A stretch of 64,000 nucleotides of DNA from an uncultured delta proteobacterium (GTDB lineage: Bacteria > Desulfobacterota > Binatia > UBA9968), in contig CAVWLW010000057.1 in NCBI GenBank assembly GCA_963755715.1, positions 32,001 through 96,000 on the forward strand. Direction: 5' to 3'. The translations under genes were made by a program, and so were the position numbers. The notes under the pieces were generated by a model. That model was not told the DNA's origin. It was given only the letters and a program-made list of their open reading frames with translations, and ran no database searches. Of this stretch, positions 27,509 to 37,125 are shown one piece after another (position 1 is the first letter of the stretch; each line of letters starts with the position of its first letter).

Positions 27509-30500
27509 TCAAAAGTCCGGCGCGCCGTCGCGCAGCGGTTCCCTTTTACGTTTCGGTTGGCCGGGCGCGGCGGCTTGGATCGGCAGCGTGACCGTAAACG
27601 TCGAACCCCGTTCAAACTCACTTTCCACGGCGACGGTTCCACCAAGCAGCTCGGTAAACTTTCTGACGATATAAAGTCCCAATCCGACGCCGCCGAACTT
27701 CCTCGTCGCCGAGCTGTCCACCTGTTGAAACATGTCGAAAACAGTTTCAACCTTTTCTTTCGGAATCCCGATGCCGGTATCGCTGATTTTGAATTCTATC
27801 GCGCGCGTCTGCGCCAAGTGGCGCACGGCAACAGTGACTTTTCCTTTCTCGGTGAACTTGATCGCGTTGTTTATCAGATTCTGAATCACTGCCTTCAATT
27901 TTTCATCATCCGTCCAAAGGATCGGCAGGTCCGCCGGGTAGTCCCAGCTAACGGTCAAATCTCGGCCGAGCGGAATACCGTAGTTGGATCGTAGTTCGTC
28001 CAGGAGCTCCGCGAGATTCACTTCCCAGGAAGCCGCGCGAACGGCGTCGGCCTCGATCCGGGTCACTTGCAACACGCCGTTGATCATGTTGAACAGCTCC
28101 ATCGACTGATTGCTGATCGTTTCAACGGCCTTTTTTTGCTCCGGAGTAATTTCGCCGAGTACGCCTTGCATCATGATTTCTGTATATCCCTTGATGACGT
28201 TCAGCGGCGTTCTCAATTCATGGGAGATGACCCCCAGAAACTCATCTTTTCCCCTGCTCGCGGTTTCGAGCTCAATGGTTTTCTTGTTCACTTGGGAAAA
28301 GAGCCGCGCGTTCCCCACCGCCACGCCCAGATGATAGGCGATGGCGTTGATCAGTTGAATGTCGGCTTCAGAAAAATGATAGCGCTCCTTGCCGAGAAAA
28401 TTCATCACGCCCAATCCCTCTCCCCGGACTCGAAGGGGAATAAGAAATGAGCTGTGAAATCCTGCCTTCAACATATTCTTGTTATGAGCCAGCTTGTTAT
28501 AGAGCGTGTCGGTGGCCATATCATCGACATACATCGCCTCGCCGGTTTCGATAGCCCGGCCTAAGTGACCCTCTCCAGCTTTATAAACCGCGACCAGCGG
28601 CACACCCGGGGGAATGCCGTAGTGCGTGACCAGGTGCAGATCGCCGCTATCTTCATTACAGAGATAGATTCGCGCCGCATCGAAATTAAAAATCGCCAAT
28701 AGCTTTTCCATTGTCTTTTTCAAAACGACGTTGATATCCAAGGACTCGCTGGCGATGCCGGCGACCGAATAAAGCGTGGCGAGCTCCTTGGCCTTGGCGG
28801 CCGTCTGCTGATACAAGGTGCTGTTCTCCACGGCGATGCCAATCTGGTTATTCATAGACTCGAGCAAATTAATTTCGTTGGCCTTGAGCAGGCGAGGCAA
28901 CGTTCCAGCGCATACCAGCACTCCCCAGGTTCTCAGCTTCGTCTTGATCGGAAACATCGCCAGGAAATGAGCGCCCGCCTGACTCGCGCCGTGATTTCCG
29001 CTCATTGCCCAATAGCGCGGATCGAGAGCAATGTCGGCAGAGACAAATGCCTGGCCGGTCTCGGCGACCTGTCCGACGAGAGATTCTCCGCGCCGAAAGT
29101 AACTGGCTTCACGCCAGAATTCCGGCCGAGCCTCGAAAGCGGCTTTTACCCCTAGCTCGGTCATCTCCGCATTGAAAAGAAACACGCGGGTAAGGTCGAA
29201 ATGGAACAGCTGCGTGATCTTTTGGATCGTCTGATGGAGCACCACGTCTAGGTCCAACGATTGTGTGGCTGCCACGGTAAGCGTATGCAAAGCCGATATT
29301 TCAACCTCGCTGCGCCGAGTCTCCTCGTAGAGTTTTGCGTTTTGGATCGCGATCGCGGACTGACCCGCCAAGGTGCTCAAAAATTCGATCTCGTCGTCGT
29401 TGAAGGCGTGTTCCTCTTTCGTGTAAAAGGCGATGAGTCCAAGCAATTGATCCTTAGCGACGAGCGGAATACCGAGGTAGGAGACCAGACCGAAGTGCTT
29501 TGCGAACTGGCGTTTATCGTTGCGCGGATCGGTTTGCACGTTGGCCACGGTTAAGGGAATCTTGTTTTCCAAAACAATCTTGGCGAATTCATGAAGCGAC
29601 CCCGAATTGGCGGCGCGCCATTCGGTTTCGTCGAGGTTTCGACAAGCCACGGCCTCCAGCTTGCCGCTCTCCTTGCTGATCAGCCGAATCGTGGCCACAG
29701 CGCCGGGCAGCACGAGATCGACCTTTTCCATGAGAATTTTCAACACGGCGTGCAAATCCAGCGTCGAAGTGATCGCCATGTCGATATCGTGCAGAGCATT
29801 GAGACGCTGCAGGTTTCGCTCCAAACGTTTTTCGGCGGCAACGGCTTCGGATCGACGCCCTTGGAGAGACTTTGCCATCTCGTCGAAGGAAGTGGCGAGA
29901 CGGCCGATTTCGTCGTTTCGGTGCGGCAGTCCCGTGCGCGCGCCGAGATCACCGGTGCGCAAGCGCTCCGTTACAGTGAGCAATCTTCTCAATGGACCGA
30001 GAACGAACGCGTCGCCGCCGTACCAGGCAGCCAGGAGCGCCAACAAGCCTACCAGGAACAGAGCCGCCAAATTGCGCCAGAGTAAACCATCGGCGTTGGC
30101 CAATGCGACTCCGATCGGAACACCGATATGGAAAAAAATTTGTCCTTCGCGAGAGCCATCCCCGATGCTGGTAAATCCGTAGATGCGCCTTTGGCCGTCG
30201 GGGCCGGCTGCCTCAACCACCCCCTCGGAGCGCGCTGAAACGATTTGAGCAAGCTCGCCTTCTGGGACAGGTTTACCCACCAGACGGTCGGCGTCCGGAT
30301 AGCGCGCGAGGATGGTGCCTCGGCGATCGTAGACGGCGAGCGAAGCATAGCTCGGTAAATTGAGCGCGCCAACGGTCTGTTGGAACCACGCTAAATCCAG
30401 CGCGGCAAAAACGACGCCAGTGACGCGTCCCTCGGTAGCACGGATCGGATAGGCCAGGTTTAAGGTCGCCCGGTCGGTCGCGCGGCCGATTTGATACTCG

Positions 30501-30928
30501 CCGATGGCGAAATTGCGCCGCTGCAGCGCCTGGCGGAAATAGCTTCGGTCAGAAATATTGACGGGCATCTTGGCAAGACGAGCGCCGCAAAACTGCTCAC
30601 CGTGAACATTCGCGGCGCCTAGGTTGGCATACATCGGATATTCGGCGAGCAGACTGCTAAAAAGATCGCTGCACGTCGAACTGTTATGTGCGCGTACCTC
30701 GGGAAGCAGAGATAACGCGACAAGCAGATGTTGAGTGCTGTCGATGAGCCGCTGCTGGCTGGTGGAAACGATTCGCACCAGCTTGAGCGCGTCGCGCCGC
30801 GCCTCTTGACTGTCTGTGATGCGTTGTTCACCGGCGCTATAAACGATGACACCGAGGGCCGGAAGCACGGCAAGAAGAACCAACTGGATCAAGCGCGCGC
30901 GAAGGCTTGAATGAAAGTGGCTTTGCAT
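27509..30928 (-). CDS. Sensor histidine kinase (dCache, HAMP, three GAF, HisKA, HATPase)
   Basis: ISDRSYF Cache motif, DEIGRLA HAMP, three GAF-like repeats, ISHELRTPLN, NNAIKFT, DTGIGI and GVGLGL. Confidence 0.92.
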   Translation of the reverse strand: MQSHFHSSLRARLIQLVLLAVLPALGVIVYSAGEQRITDSQEARRDALKLVRIVSTSQQRLIDSTQHLLVALSLLPEVRAHNSSTCSDLFSSLLAEYPMYANLGAANVHGEQFCGARLAKMPVNISDRSYFRQALQRRNFAIGEYQIGRATDRATLNLAYPIRATEGRVTGVVFAALDLAWFQQTVGALNLPSYASLAVYDRRGTILARYPDADRLVGKPVPEGELAQIVSARSEGVVEAAGPDGQRRIYGFTSIGDGSREGQIFFHIGVPIGVALANADGLLWRNLAALFLVGLLALLAAWYGGDAFVLGPLRRLLTVTERLRTGDLGARTGLPHRNDEIGRLATSFDEMAKSLQGRRSEAVAAEKRLERNLQRLNALHDIDMAITSTLDLHAVLKILMEKVDLVLPGAVATIRLISKESGKLEAVACRNLDETEWRAANSGSLHEFAKIVLENKIPLTVANVQTDPRNDKRQFAKHFGLVSYLGIPLVAKDQLLGLIAFYTKEEHAFNDDEIEFLSTLAGQSAIAIQNAKLYEETRRSEVEISALHTLTVAATQSLDLDVVLHQTIQKITQLFHFDLTRVFLFNAEMTELGVKAAFEARPEFWREASYFRRGESLVGQVAETGQAFVSADIALDPRYWAMSGNHGASQAGAHFLAMFPIKTKLRTWGVLVCAGTLPRLLKANEINLLESMNNQIGIAVENSTLYQQTAAKAKELATLYSVAGIASESLDINVVLKKTMEKLLAIFNFDAARIYLCNEDSGDLHLVTHYGIPPGVPLVAVYKAGEGHLGRAIETGEAMYVDDMATDTLYNKLAHNKNMLKAGFHSSFLIPLRVRGEGLGVMNFLGKERYHFSEADIQLINAIAYHLGVAVGNARLFSQVNKKTIELETASRGKDEFLGVISHELRTPLNVIKGYTEIMMQGVLGEITPEQKKAVETISNQSMELFNMINGVLQVTRIEADAVRAASWEVNLAELLDELRSNYGIPLGRDLTVSWDYPADLPILWTDDEKLKAVIQNLINNAIKFTEKGKVTVAVRHLAQTRAIEFKISDTGIGIPKEKVETVFDMFQQVDSSATRKFGGVGLGLYIVRKFTELLGGTVAVESEFERGSTFTVTLPIQAAAPGQPKRKREPLRDGAPDF

Positions 30929-31450
30929 GGAAAAGTCAGTTGGTTATGGGGCGTTCATGCTTCTGAACAAGTTTGCTTCAATACCTTTTTCGCCAATCGA
31001 GTCACCTTCATGGAATTATCGTCACTTGGCCGCGGTTCACGGCCAGCTATCGACGCGCCGCAAATTGAATCCAGCCAGCCGATTCAATTCAAGCCCCGTG
31101 CCATCGCCTCGTGAAGCGTAACGATTGAATAATGAATGGATTATCGAACAGCGGGAGCTAATTGCCGGTGAATAAATGGCAAAAAGTTGGCATCAACGTG
31201 CAATAAACGCCTAGAGTAAGGGCTGAGTGTCACTTCAAAGCCTAGAACGGCGATAAATCACGCCCGTCCGCTCTCGCCAACCAAGCGAAGAACGGAGTTT
31301 ACGCTCCCGCGGCGCCTACAATGAGGATAACAATCCAAGTTGACAGTGCACTGGACTTTACACTACCCTCCGTTTCGCCGCGCGCCGTGAGAGCAACCAC
31401 GGTTTGCAATAGCGCCAAAGGCAAAGACGACGAGGCCGCAGCACCGATCC

Positions 31451-32428
31451 ATGAAGCACCGCTTGCAAGCGCTCTTTCGAATGATTCTAATTATCGCAGT
31501 ATTCGGCGTCCCGCCGGCCGTTTGGGCGCAAACCCAAAGCAAAACTAAAATCAGAATCGCCACAGCGTCACCGTCGCTGAGCTATCTGCCGATTTACATA
31601 GCCGTTAAAAAGGGCTTTTTCGCCAAGCGCGGCTTCGACGTGGAAATGATTCAGATGAACGCGAGTCTGACCGCTCCTGCTTTGCTCAACCGTTCAGTGG
31701 ACTACACGACTATTCCCAGTACGATCGCTACCGCGGCCGCTCGTGGCGCGCCCGCCAAAGTGATTTTTTTCGCGTCGGTGAAGTTGCAACACATGCTCCT
31801 CGCCCGCCCGGATATCGCCACGGTCAACGACTTGGCCGGCAAGAAGATCGCCGCCAGCGGCTTTGGCAATCTCACTTCCTACGAGATTCAGTTTTTGATC
31901 GACCGCTACCGTCTTGGTCCCAAGACAACGATCGTCTCGGTCATAAGCTCGACCGATCGGCTGATCGCGATGCATAAAGGAATCGCCGACGCGGCGATCA
32001 TTTCCGCTCCCCTCGATTTGAAAGGCGAAGAGATGGGTTTGAAGCGGCTGTTGCATATGGGAACGATCTTGCAGATTCCCCAAGCGGGTCTCGCTACCAC
32101 TGAGGAAAAAATCAAAACGAAACGCAGCGAAGTGCTGGACGTCCTGAAAGCCAGCATCGAAGGGCTCGAATACACACTGTCTGAACGCGAAGAGAATAGC
32201 GAGATCATCAGCAAATGGATGGCACTCAACCCCAGCCAAGGCGTAAGAGCCTATGATTCCGTGAAGGACACCTTCTCGCGCAACGGTATTCCCACCGACG
32301 AGCAAAGCAAAGCCTACATCGCGATGCTTGCCGCGACTGCAGGCGTGAGCGCGGAGCTGAAACCCGAATCGATTTTCGATTTTTCACTCGCTGCCGCAGC
32401 GGCCAAAGATCTGGCGCGAAAAAAATAA
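31451..32428 (+). CDS. ABC transporter substrate-binding protein (NMT1/TauA-like)
   Basis: Signal peptide; LPIYIAVKKGFF..GFDVE, DLAGKKIA and IFDFSL motifs. Confidence 0.88.
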   Translation: MKHRLQALFRMILIIAVFGVPPAVWAQTQSKTKIRIATASPSLSYLPIYIAVKKGFFAKRGFDVEMIQMNASLTAPALLNRSVDYTTIPSTIATAAARGAPAKVIFFASVKLQHMLLARPDIATVNDLAGKKIAASGFGNLTSYEIQFLIDRYRLGPKTTIVSVISSTDRLIAMHKGIADAAIISAPLDLKGEEMGLKRLLHMGTILQIPQAGLATTEEKIKTKRSEVLDVLKASIEGLEYTLSEREENSEIISKWMALNPSQGVRAYDSVKDTFSRNGIPTDEQSKAYIAMLAATAGVSAELKPESIFDFSLAAAAAKDLARKK

Positions 32429-32560
32429 CGACCTCGTCGAGCCAAGTCTGTCTTTACCTTAAGAATTGCCTCGGGCAATGATAGAATGAGGCACGACAGC
32501 GTGTCGCGCCACCAGCCGCGAACAAATCCCGGATCATTGAACTTGACGACGGAGATCGAC

Positions 32561-33850
32561 TTGCCCAAAGCCTTCGGACTAGACTTCGGCACGACCAATA
32601 GCGCCCTCGCCCACGCTGCACCGGACGGAACTGTTCGGCTGGCACAGTTCAGCGGCGACGCGACGTTTCGCTCGGTGATTTATTTCGATGAGGACGAAGC
32701 TCCCGCATCGCGCAAGTACCGTGTGGTCGCCGGACCGGACGCGATCCAGAGTTACCTCAATGCCAAAACACCGGGTCGACTCATCCAATCGACCAAGTCG
32801 TATCTCGCTAGCCGCCTCTTTACCCAGACACAAATTTTCGGCGAAACCTACTCGCTCGAAGAGCTGATCGGCATATTCTTGCGCTATCTACGAAAGTCCG
32901 CTGAAGCGCAGTTCGGCGATTTAGGAACCACGCTCGTCGCCGGCCGCCCAGTGCATTTCAGCGGCACTCAAGACGACGGCGACGACGAGTTCGCTGTCGC
33001 TCGACTGCGCAACGCCTTTGCCAATGCCGGTTTCACCGACGTGCAATTTTTACCCGAGCCTGTGGCCGCAGCTTATAAGTATCAGCGTCAGCTTGACCAC
33101 GAGGAGTTGGTGCTCATTGCCGATTTTGGCGGCGGCACCAGTGATTTCTCGCTGGTGCAATTGAAACCCGGTGCATTGAGTGCAAGAGAAAGAGCAAACC
33201 AAGTCCTCGGCACCGACGGCGTCGGCATTGCCGGTGACGCCTTCGATAGCAAGCTGGTGCGCCGCCTCGTCGCGCCGATGCTCGGCTTGGGGTCAGAATA
33301 CAAATCTCAGTTTGGGAATATCTTGCCAGTACCGAACTGGCTCTATGAGCACCTGGAACGCTGGCATTACTTATCTTTTTTAAAGACCCGGAAGAACCTG
33401 GATCTGCTGCGCCAAATCCTCTTTCAAGCCCTGGAGCCAAAAAAAATCGCCGCCCTGATCGAACTGGTCGACAACGATCTTGGCTATCGACTTTATCAAG
33501 CCGTCGAAAAAACCAAATGCCGGCTCTCGGACAGTACAGTCAGCGAATTCCGTTTTCGCGAAGCCGCGATTGCGATCAACGACAGCGTGCGCCGTGAGGA
33601 GTTCGAGGGTTGGATCGATCGAGAGCTGCGACAAATCAGCGACTGCGTCGATCGCCTACTTGCGCACTGTCAGGTCACGGCGAAAAACGTCGACGCGGTG
33701 TTCATGACCGGCGGCTCATCCTTTGTCCCGGCGATCAGAAGAATTTTTGAGGATAAATTCGGCGCCAAAGTCCCGATACGGGTCGGCCAGGAGTTTACTT
33801 CGGTCGCCGAAGGGCTGGCGATCTATGCTTTGGAGTTGCTGGAAGGATAG
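32561..33850 (+). CDS. yegD: Hsp70-family protein (YegD-like)
   Basis: GLDFGTTNS, GRPVHF, EPVAAA, DFGGGTSDFS and TGGSSFVP; lacks the DnaK substrate-binding domain. TTG start inferred from a GGAG RBS. Confidence 0.85.
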   Translation: MPKAFGLDFGTTNSALAHAAPDGTVRLAQFSGDATFRSVIYFDEDEAPASRKYRVVAGPDAIQSYLNAKTPGRLIQSTKSYLASRLFTQTQIFGETYSLEELIGIFLRYLRKSAEAQFGDLGTTLVAGRPVHFSGTQDDGDDEFAVARLRNAFANAGFTDVQFLPEPVAAAYKYQRQLDHEELVLIADFGGGTSDFSLVQLKPGALSARERANQVLGTDGVGIAGDAFDSKLVRRLVAPMLGLGSEYKSQFGNILPVPNWLYEHLERWHYLSFLKTRKNLDLLRQILFQALEPKKIAALIELVDNDLGYRLYQAVEKTKCRLSDSTVSEFRFREAAIAINDSVRREEFEGWIDRELRQISDCVDRLLAHCQVTAKNVDAVFMTGGSSFVPAIRRIFEDKFGAKVPIRVGQEFTSVAEGLAIYALELLEG

Positions 33851-33902
33851 GTCAGGAGCGATAAAATGATAAATTCACCGTTGTCAGATCCGATTTACCT
33901 TT

Positions 33903-34181
33903 TTAATACTCTGACGGATCATTCGTCGGTTTCACGGCCTTTTTTGTTTCCTCGCTGACAGCTTTCGCCGCATCACGAGTCCCCTCGCCGATCCCTCTCA
34001 CAACATCTCGTGTACCGTGACCGATCTCTCTCGTAACGTCCCGAGCACCATGACCGATTTCTTTGGTCACATCACGAGTCGTGTGGCCGATCGTTCGACC
34101 GGCTTCTTTAACCGGAGCGCAACCCCATAGGATGCAGCCGACCAGCATCAAAAAAACAATTTTTAGTGAAGGATTGAACAT
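33903..34181 (-). CDS. Small lipoprotein with tandem 11-aa repeats
   Basis: Lipobox-like LWGC; repeats IGHTTRDVTKE/IGHGARDVTRE/IGHGTRDVVRG/IGEGTRDAAKA; GGAGG RBS. Confidence 0.8.
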   Translation of the reverse strand: MFNPSLKIVFLMLVGCILWGCAPVKEAGRTIGHTTRDVTKEIGHGARDVTREIGHGTRDVVRGIGEGTRDAAKAVSEETKKAVKPTNDPSEY

Positions 34182-34530
34182 TATCCCTCCAATGTGTCGC
34201 CACCGGATTCGTGGACGTTAGTATACCACGATGAAAATCCTTAATCCCGCTTAACTGTCCGTTTCGGAGTAAACGACCTTCGGCTCTAAGCCGAGGGGTT
34301 CTGAATTGGTCGACTAGAAGTCAACGGTTGTTCCTGTCATTCCGGCGTAATCCAGGCTCTTTCATGCCTGATTCAATTCAAAACGACCTGGTTGCCCTAA
34401 ATTCACAGATCAACTGCAACACTTGTTGTACAAGGCGTTGAACGGGACGGCAGGATGGGCAGCTTACATTTGGAACAACGTTGCACGATTGCCCGGCATA
34501 GCCAAGCCGGGAAACAACCAATGTACACCT

Positions 34531-35316
34531 TCAATACAACTCACCTTCACTCTTGCGTTCCTCGCGAGGACGCCAGCGGAGGAGATACGACTCCGCGCGA
34601 TTGATCACTTCGTTACAGATGACAACCACCATCGCGAGAACGAGAATCCCGCCGAGCGCGCCGGTAGTCGAAAACAGCGACGTATTGTAATTGATCAAAT
34701 ATCCCAAACCTTTGCTGGCGGCGATGAACTCCCCAACGACCGCGGCCACGATCGCGTAAGGCAGACTGATCTTCAGCCCCGTAGTAATCCACGGCACGAT
34801 TGCCGGCAGCGTGATTTTCATCAGGATCTGCCGTTCTGTCGCGCCCATGATACGTAGAATATTTTTGAGCTCCTCGTCGACGCCTTTCACGCCGGCATAA
34901 GTATTGAAGAACGTCAGAAAGAACACCACGCTCACAACCAGAATGACCTTTGAAGTCGGCCCGATACCGAACCAGATGATAAACAACGGCGCCAGAGCGA
35001 TGCGCGGTATCCCGTTGAACGCGACGACGTAGGGATCGAGAATTTGTGCGAGTGTTTCACGACGACCGAGGGCGAAACCGACACCGATGCCGAAAATAGC
35101 CCCGATGAAAAATCCGGTGAAGGTCTCGTAGAGAGTTATCGCCAGGTGGCCAAAGATGGATCCATCGGCAATCACGCCGTAGAGATACACGAAAACGAGT
35201 GACGGACTCGATACCCAGAAAGGATCGATCAATCTTCCGGAGCTTAGCTCCCAAAAACTCAGTAGGAGTAAACCAAAGATCAGTCGATAGAGAAACAGGC
35301 GCGTGCGGCTGATCAT
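34531..35316 (-). CDS. ABC transporter permease (NitT/TauT family)
   Basis: IPRIALAPLFIIWFGIG and AVVGEFIAASKGLGY motifs. Confidence 0.93.
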   Translation of the reverse strand: MISRTRLFLYRLIFGLLLLSFWELSSGRLIDPFWVSSPSLVFVYLYGVIADGSIFGHLAITLYETFTGFFIGAIFGIGVGFALGRRETLAQILDPYVVAFNGIPRIALAPLFIIWFGIGPTSKVILVVSVVFFLTFFNTYAGVKGVDEELKNILRIMGATERQILMKITLPAIVPWITTGLKISLPYAIVAAVVGEFIAASKGLGYLINYNTSLFSTTGALGGILVLAMVVVICNEVINRAESYLLRWRPREERKSEGELY

Positions 35317-36326
35317 TTCATCAGAAAGTCGTTGGTGACGATTTCGGAAAACACGACGCGCTTTTTTAATATCCCCGCCTGTTCGAGAATATCTTGCGTG
35401 ATCTGCACGCTGCGTTCACTGGTCCGCCCGTCTTTACTGAGCGCCGGTCGAACAGCCTGGACTCCGGCCAGAAGAAGATCCGGTTGAATCGTGGTCATCG
35501 ACGGTTTAAGTGCCTCGGCCACCTGTTCCGGCGTGCTTTGCAGCGCCCATTGGTTCGCCTTAGTTAAGGCACGCACCATTCGGCGAATCGTATCTCCATC
35601 CTTGGCAACGGTCTCGGGACGCGCAATGAGATTTTCCATAAGGAACTCGGGAATCGACGGGTCTTCACCCTTGGCGTTATTGATCAGCAGAATCGCGAAA
35701 CCGCGGCTGATTGCGGTATCCGGCACGGGTGGCGCCGTCAAGGCGACATCGACCTTGCGATTTTCCAGGGCGGCAAGCCAGGTCGGCCCCGAACCCACCG
35801 GAACAATGTTGACGTCCTGTTGGGGGTTGTAACCTGCTTTGCGAATCACGAACGCCGCGAGGTGCGCTGTCAGCGCGCCGGGATTCGTCACGCCGATGGT
35901 CAACCCCTTGAGCGCTTTGATTTTGTCGGCGAGCGGCATGGATTCGGTAACGCCTTTGGATTTTGCTACATCTTTATGCATCGCCCAGTTGATAAACAAT
36001 TTATTCAAGCCGCTCATCACCATGATCAATTTCTTGCCTTCCTGCTGGGCAAGAACAACGTTATCACCGGTGGTAAAACTGAAGTCGACATCGCCCGCGA
36101 TCAGCGCGCGAATGTCAGGTCCGCCACCGTTTGTCGACGTGACGTCCACCTCCAATTTTTCATCCGCGAAGAAGCCCTTATTCTGTGCCAGAAACACCGG
36201 GGTCATCGAGTGTGCGATCACCGGGATCGTGATCTTAACCTTTTTTGGAGCTTGCGCTTGCAACGGCAAAGACGAGAATTCCAGATAGAATAAGGCACTG
36301 GCCAAAATAATCATGAATCGTTTCAT
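35313..36326 (-). CDS. ABC transporter substrate-binding protein (NitT/TauT family)
   Basis: Signal peptide MKRFMIIL; FLAQNKGFFADEKLEV and LKGLTIGVTNPG; overlaps both neighbours. Confidence 0.9.
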   Translation of the reverse strand: MKRFMIILASALFYLEFSSLPLQAQAPKKVKITIPVIAHSMTPVFLAQNKGFFADEKLEVDVTSTNGGGPDIRALIAGDVDFSFTTGDNVVLAQQEGKKLIMVMSGLNKLFINWAMHKDVAKSKGVTESMPLADKIKALKGLTIGVTNPGALTAHLAAFVIRKAGYNPQQDVNIVPVGSGPTWLAALENRKVDVALTAPPVPDTAISRGFAILLINNAKGEDPSIPEFLMENLIARPETVAKDGDTIRRMVRALTKANQWALQSTPEQVAEALKPSMTTIQPDLLLAGVQAVRPALSKDGRTSERSVQITQDILEQAGILKKRVVFSEIVTNDFLMK

Positions 36327-37117
36327 ATCAATTCCCCTTTCGCCGATTCGCTTAAAGTGACTTCGGGACGGAGCTGCTGCCACAATCTTTCATAGGCCGA
36401 ACGAAACTGTGCGTCTTCGTGAATCTTGAATACATCCCGCGGCCGCGGGATAGCGATCTCCTCGATGGACTTGATCCGGCCGGGCCGCGCGCTCATCAGC
36501 ACGACGCGGTCCGCCAGCGTGATCGCCTCGATGAGATCATGGGTGATGAATACGATCGTCTTTTTCGACGCGTACCAAAGTTTCAAGAGCTGATCCTGCA
36601 AAACGATTCTGGTTTGCGCATCCAGAGGGCCGAAGGGCTCGTCCATCAAGATCAGCTCGGGGTCGTAAATAAGCGTGCGAATGATATTGGCGCGCTGGCG
36701 CATGCCACCCGACAACTCATGCGGATAATGGTCTTCGAAGCCGCTCAAGCCGACTTGATCGATCAAGTCCTGCGCTTGGGTGCGCCGCGCGCTCTTCTCA
36801 ATGGCCCTAATCTCCAACGCGATCTCGACGTTTTCGATCAGGGTGCGCCAAGGCAGCAGGTTATCCTTCTGCGTCACGTAGCCAATTTTTGTAGTGATAC
36901 CTTCGATGGGCGCGCCGCGAAATACGATACGCCCCATGCTCGATCGCATCAGGCCGACGATCAAATTGAGCAATGTCGACTTGCCGCAACCGGATGGGCC
37001 GACAACGGTGACGAATTCGCCCTCGGCGATCGTCAGATCCACCGAGTCGAGAGCTAAAACTTTTTTGCCTCGAACTTGATACTCCTTGCGAACGTTTTCG
37101 ATGGAGAGCAGTGCCAC
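36323..37117 (-). CDS. ABC transporter ATP-binding protein (NitT/TauT family)
   Basis: GPSGCGKST, LSGGMRQR, LMDEPFGPLD and ITHD motifs. Confidence 0.95.
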   Translation of the reverse strand: MALLSIENVRKEYQVRGKKVLALDSVDLTIAEGEFVTVVGPSGCGKSTLLNLIVGLMRSSMGRIVFRGAPIEGITTKIGYVTQKDNLLPWRTLIENVEIALEIRAIEKSARRTQAQDLIDQVGLSGFEDHYPHELSGGMRQRANIIRTLIYDPELILMDEPFGPLDAQTRIVLQDQLLKLWYASKKTIVFITHDLIEAITLADRVVLMSARPGRIKSIEEIAIPRPRDVFKIHEDAQFRSAYERLWQQLRPEVTLSESAKGELI

Positions 37118-37125
37118 TGCGGCTC

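Noticed and set aside
31188-31203. TTGGCATCAACGTGCA as a sigma54 promoter
   Set aside because: GG to GC spacing is 9 nt, not the required 10.
31370-31450. Cyclic-di-GMP-I-like riboswitch (AAAGGCAAA) upstream of the binding protein
   Set aside because: The following GAAA-loop stem and GCAAAG/P2 elements were not found.
33960-34100. 33-nt periodic DNA repeat as a CRISPR array
   Set aside because: Degenerate coding repeats without unique spacers, and no cas genes.
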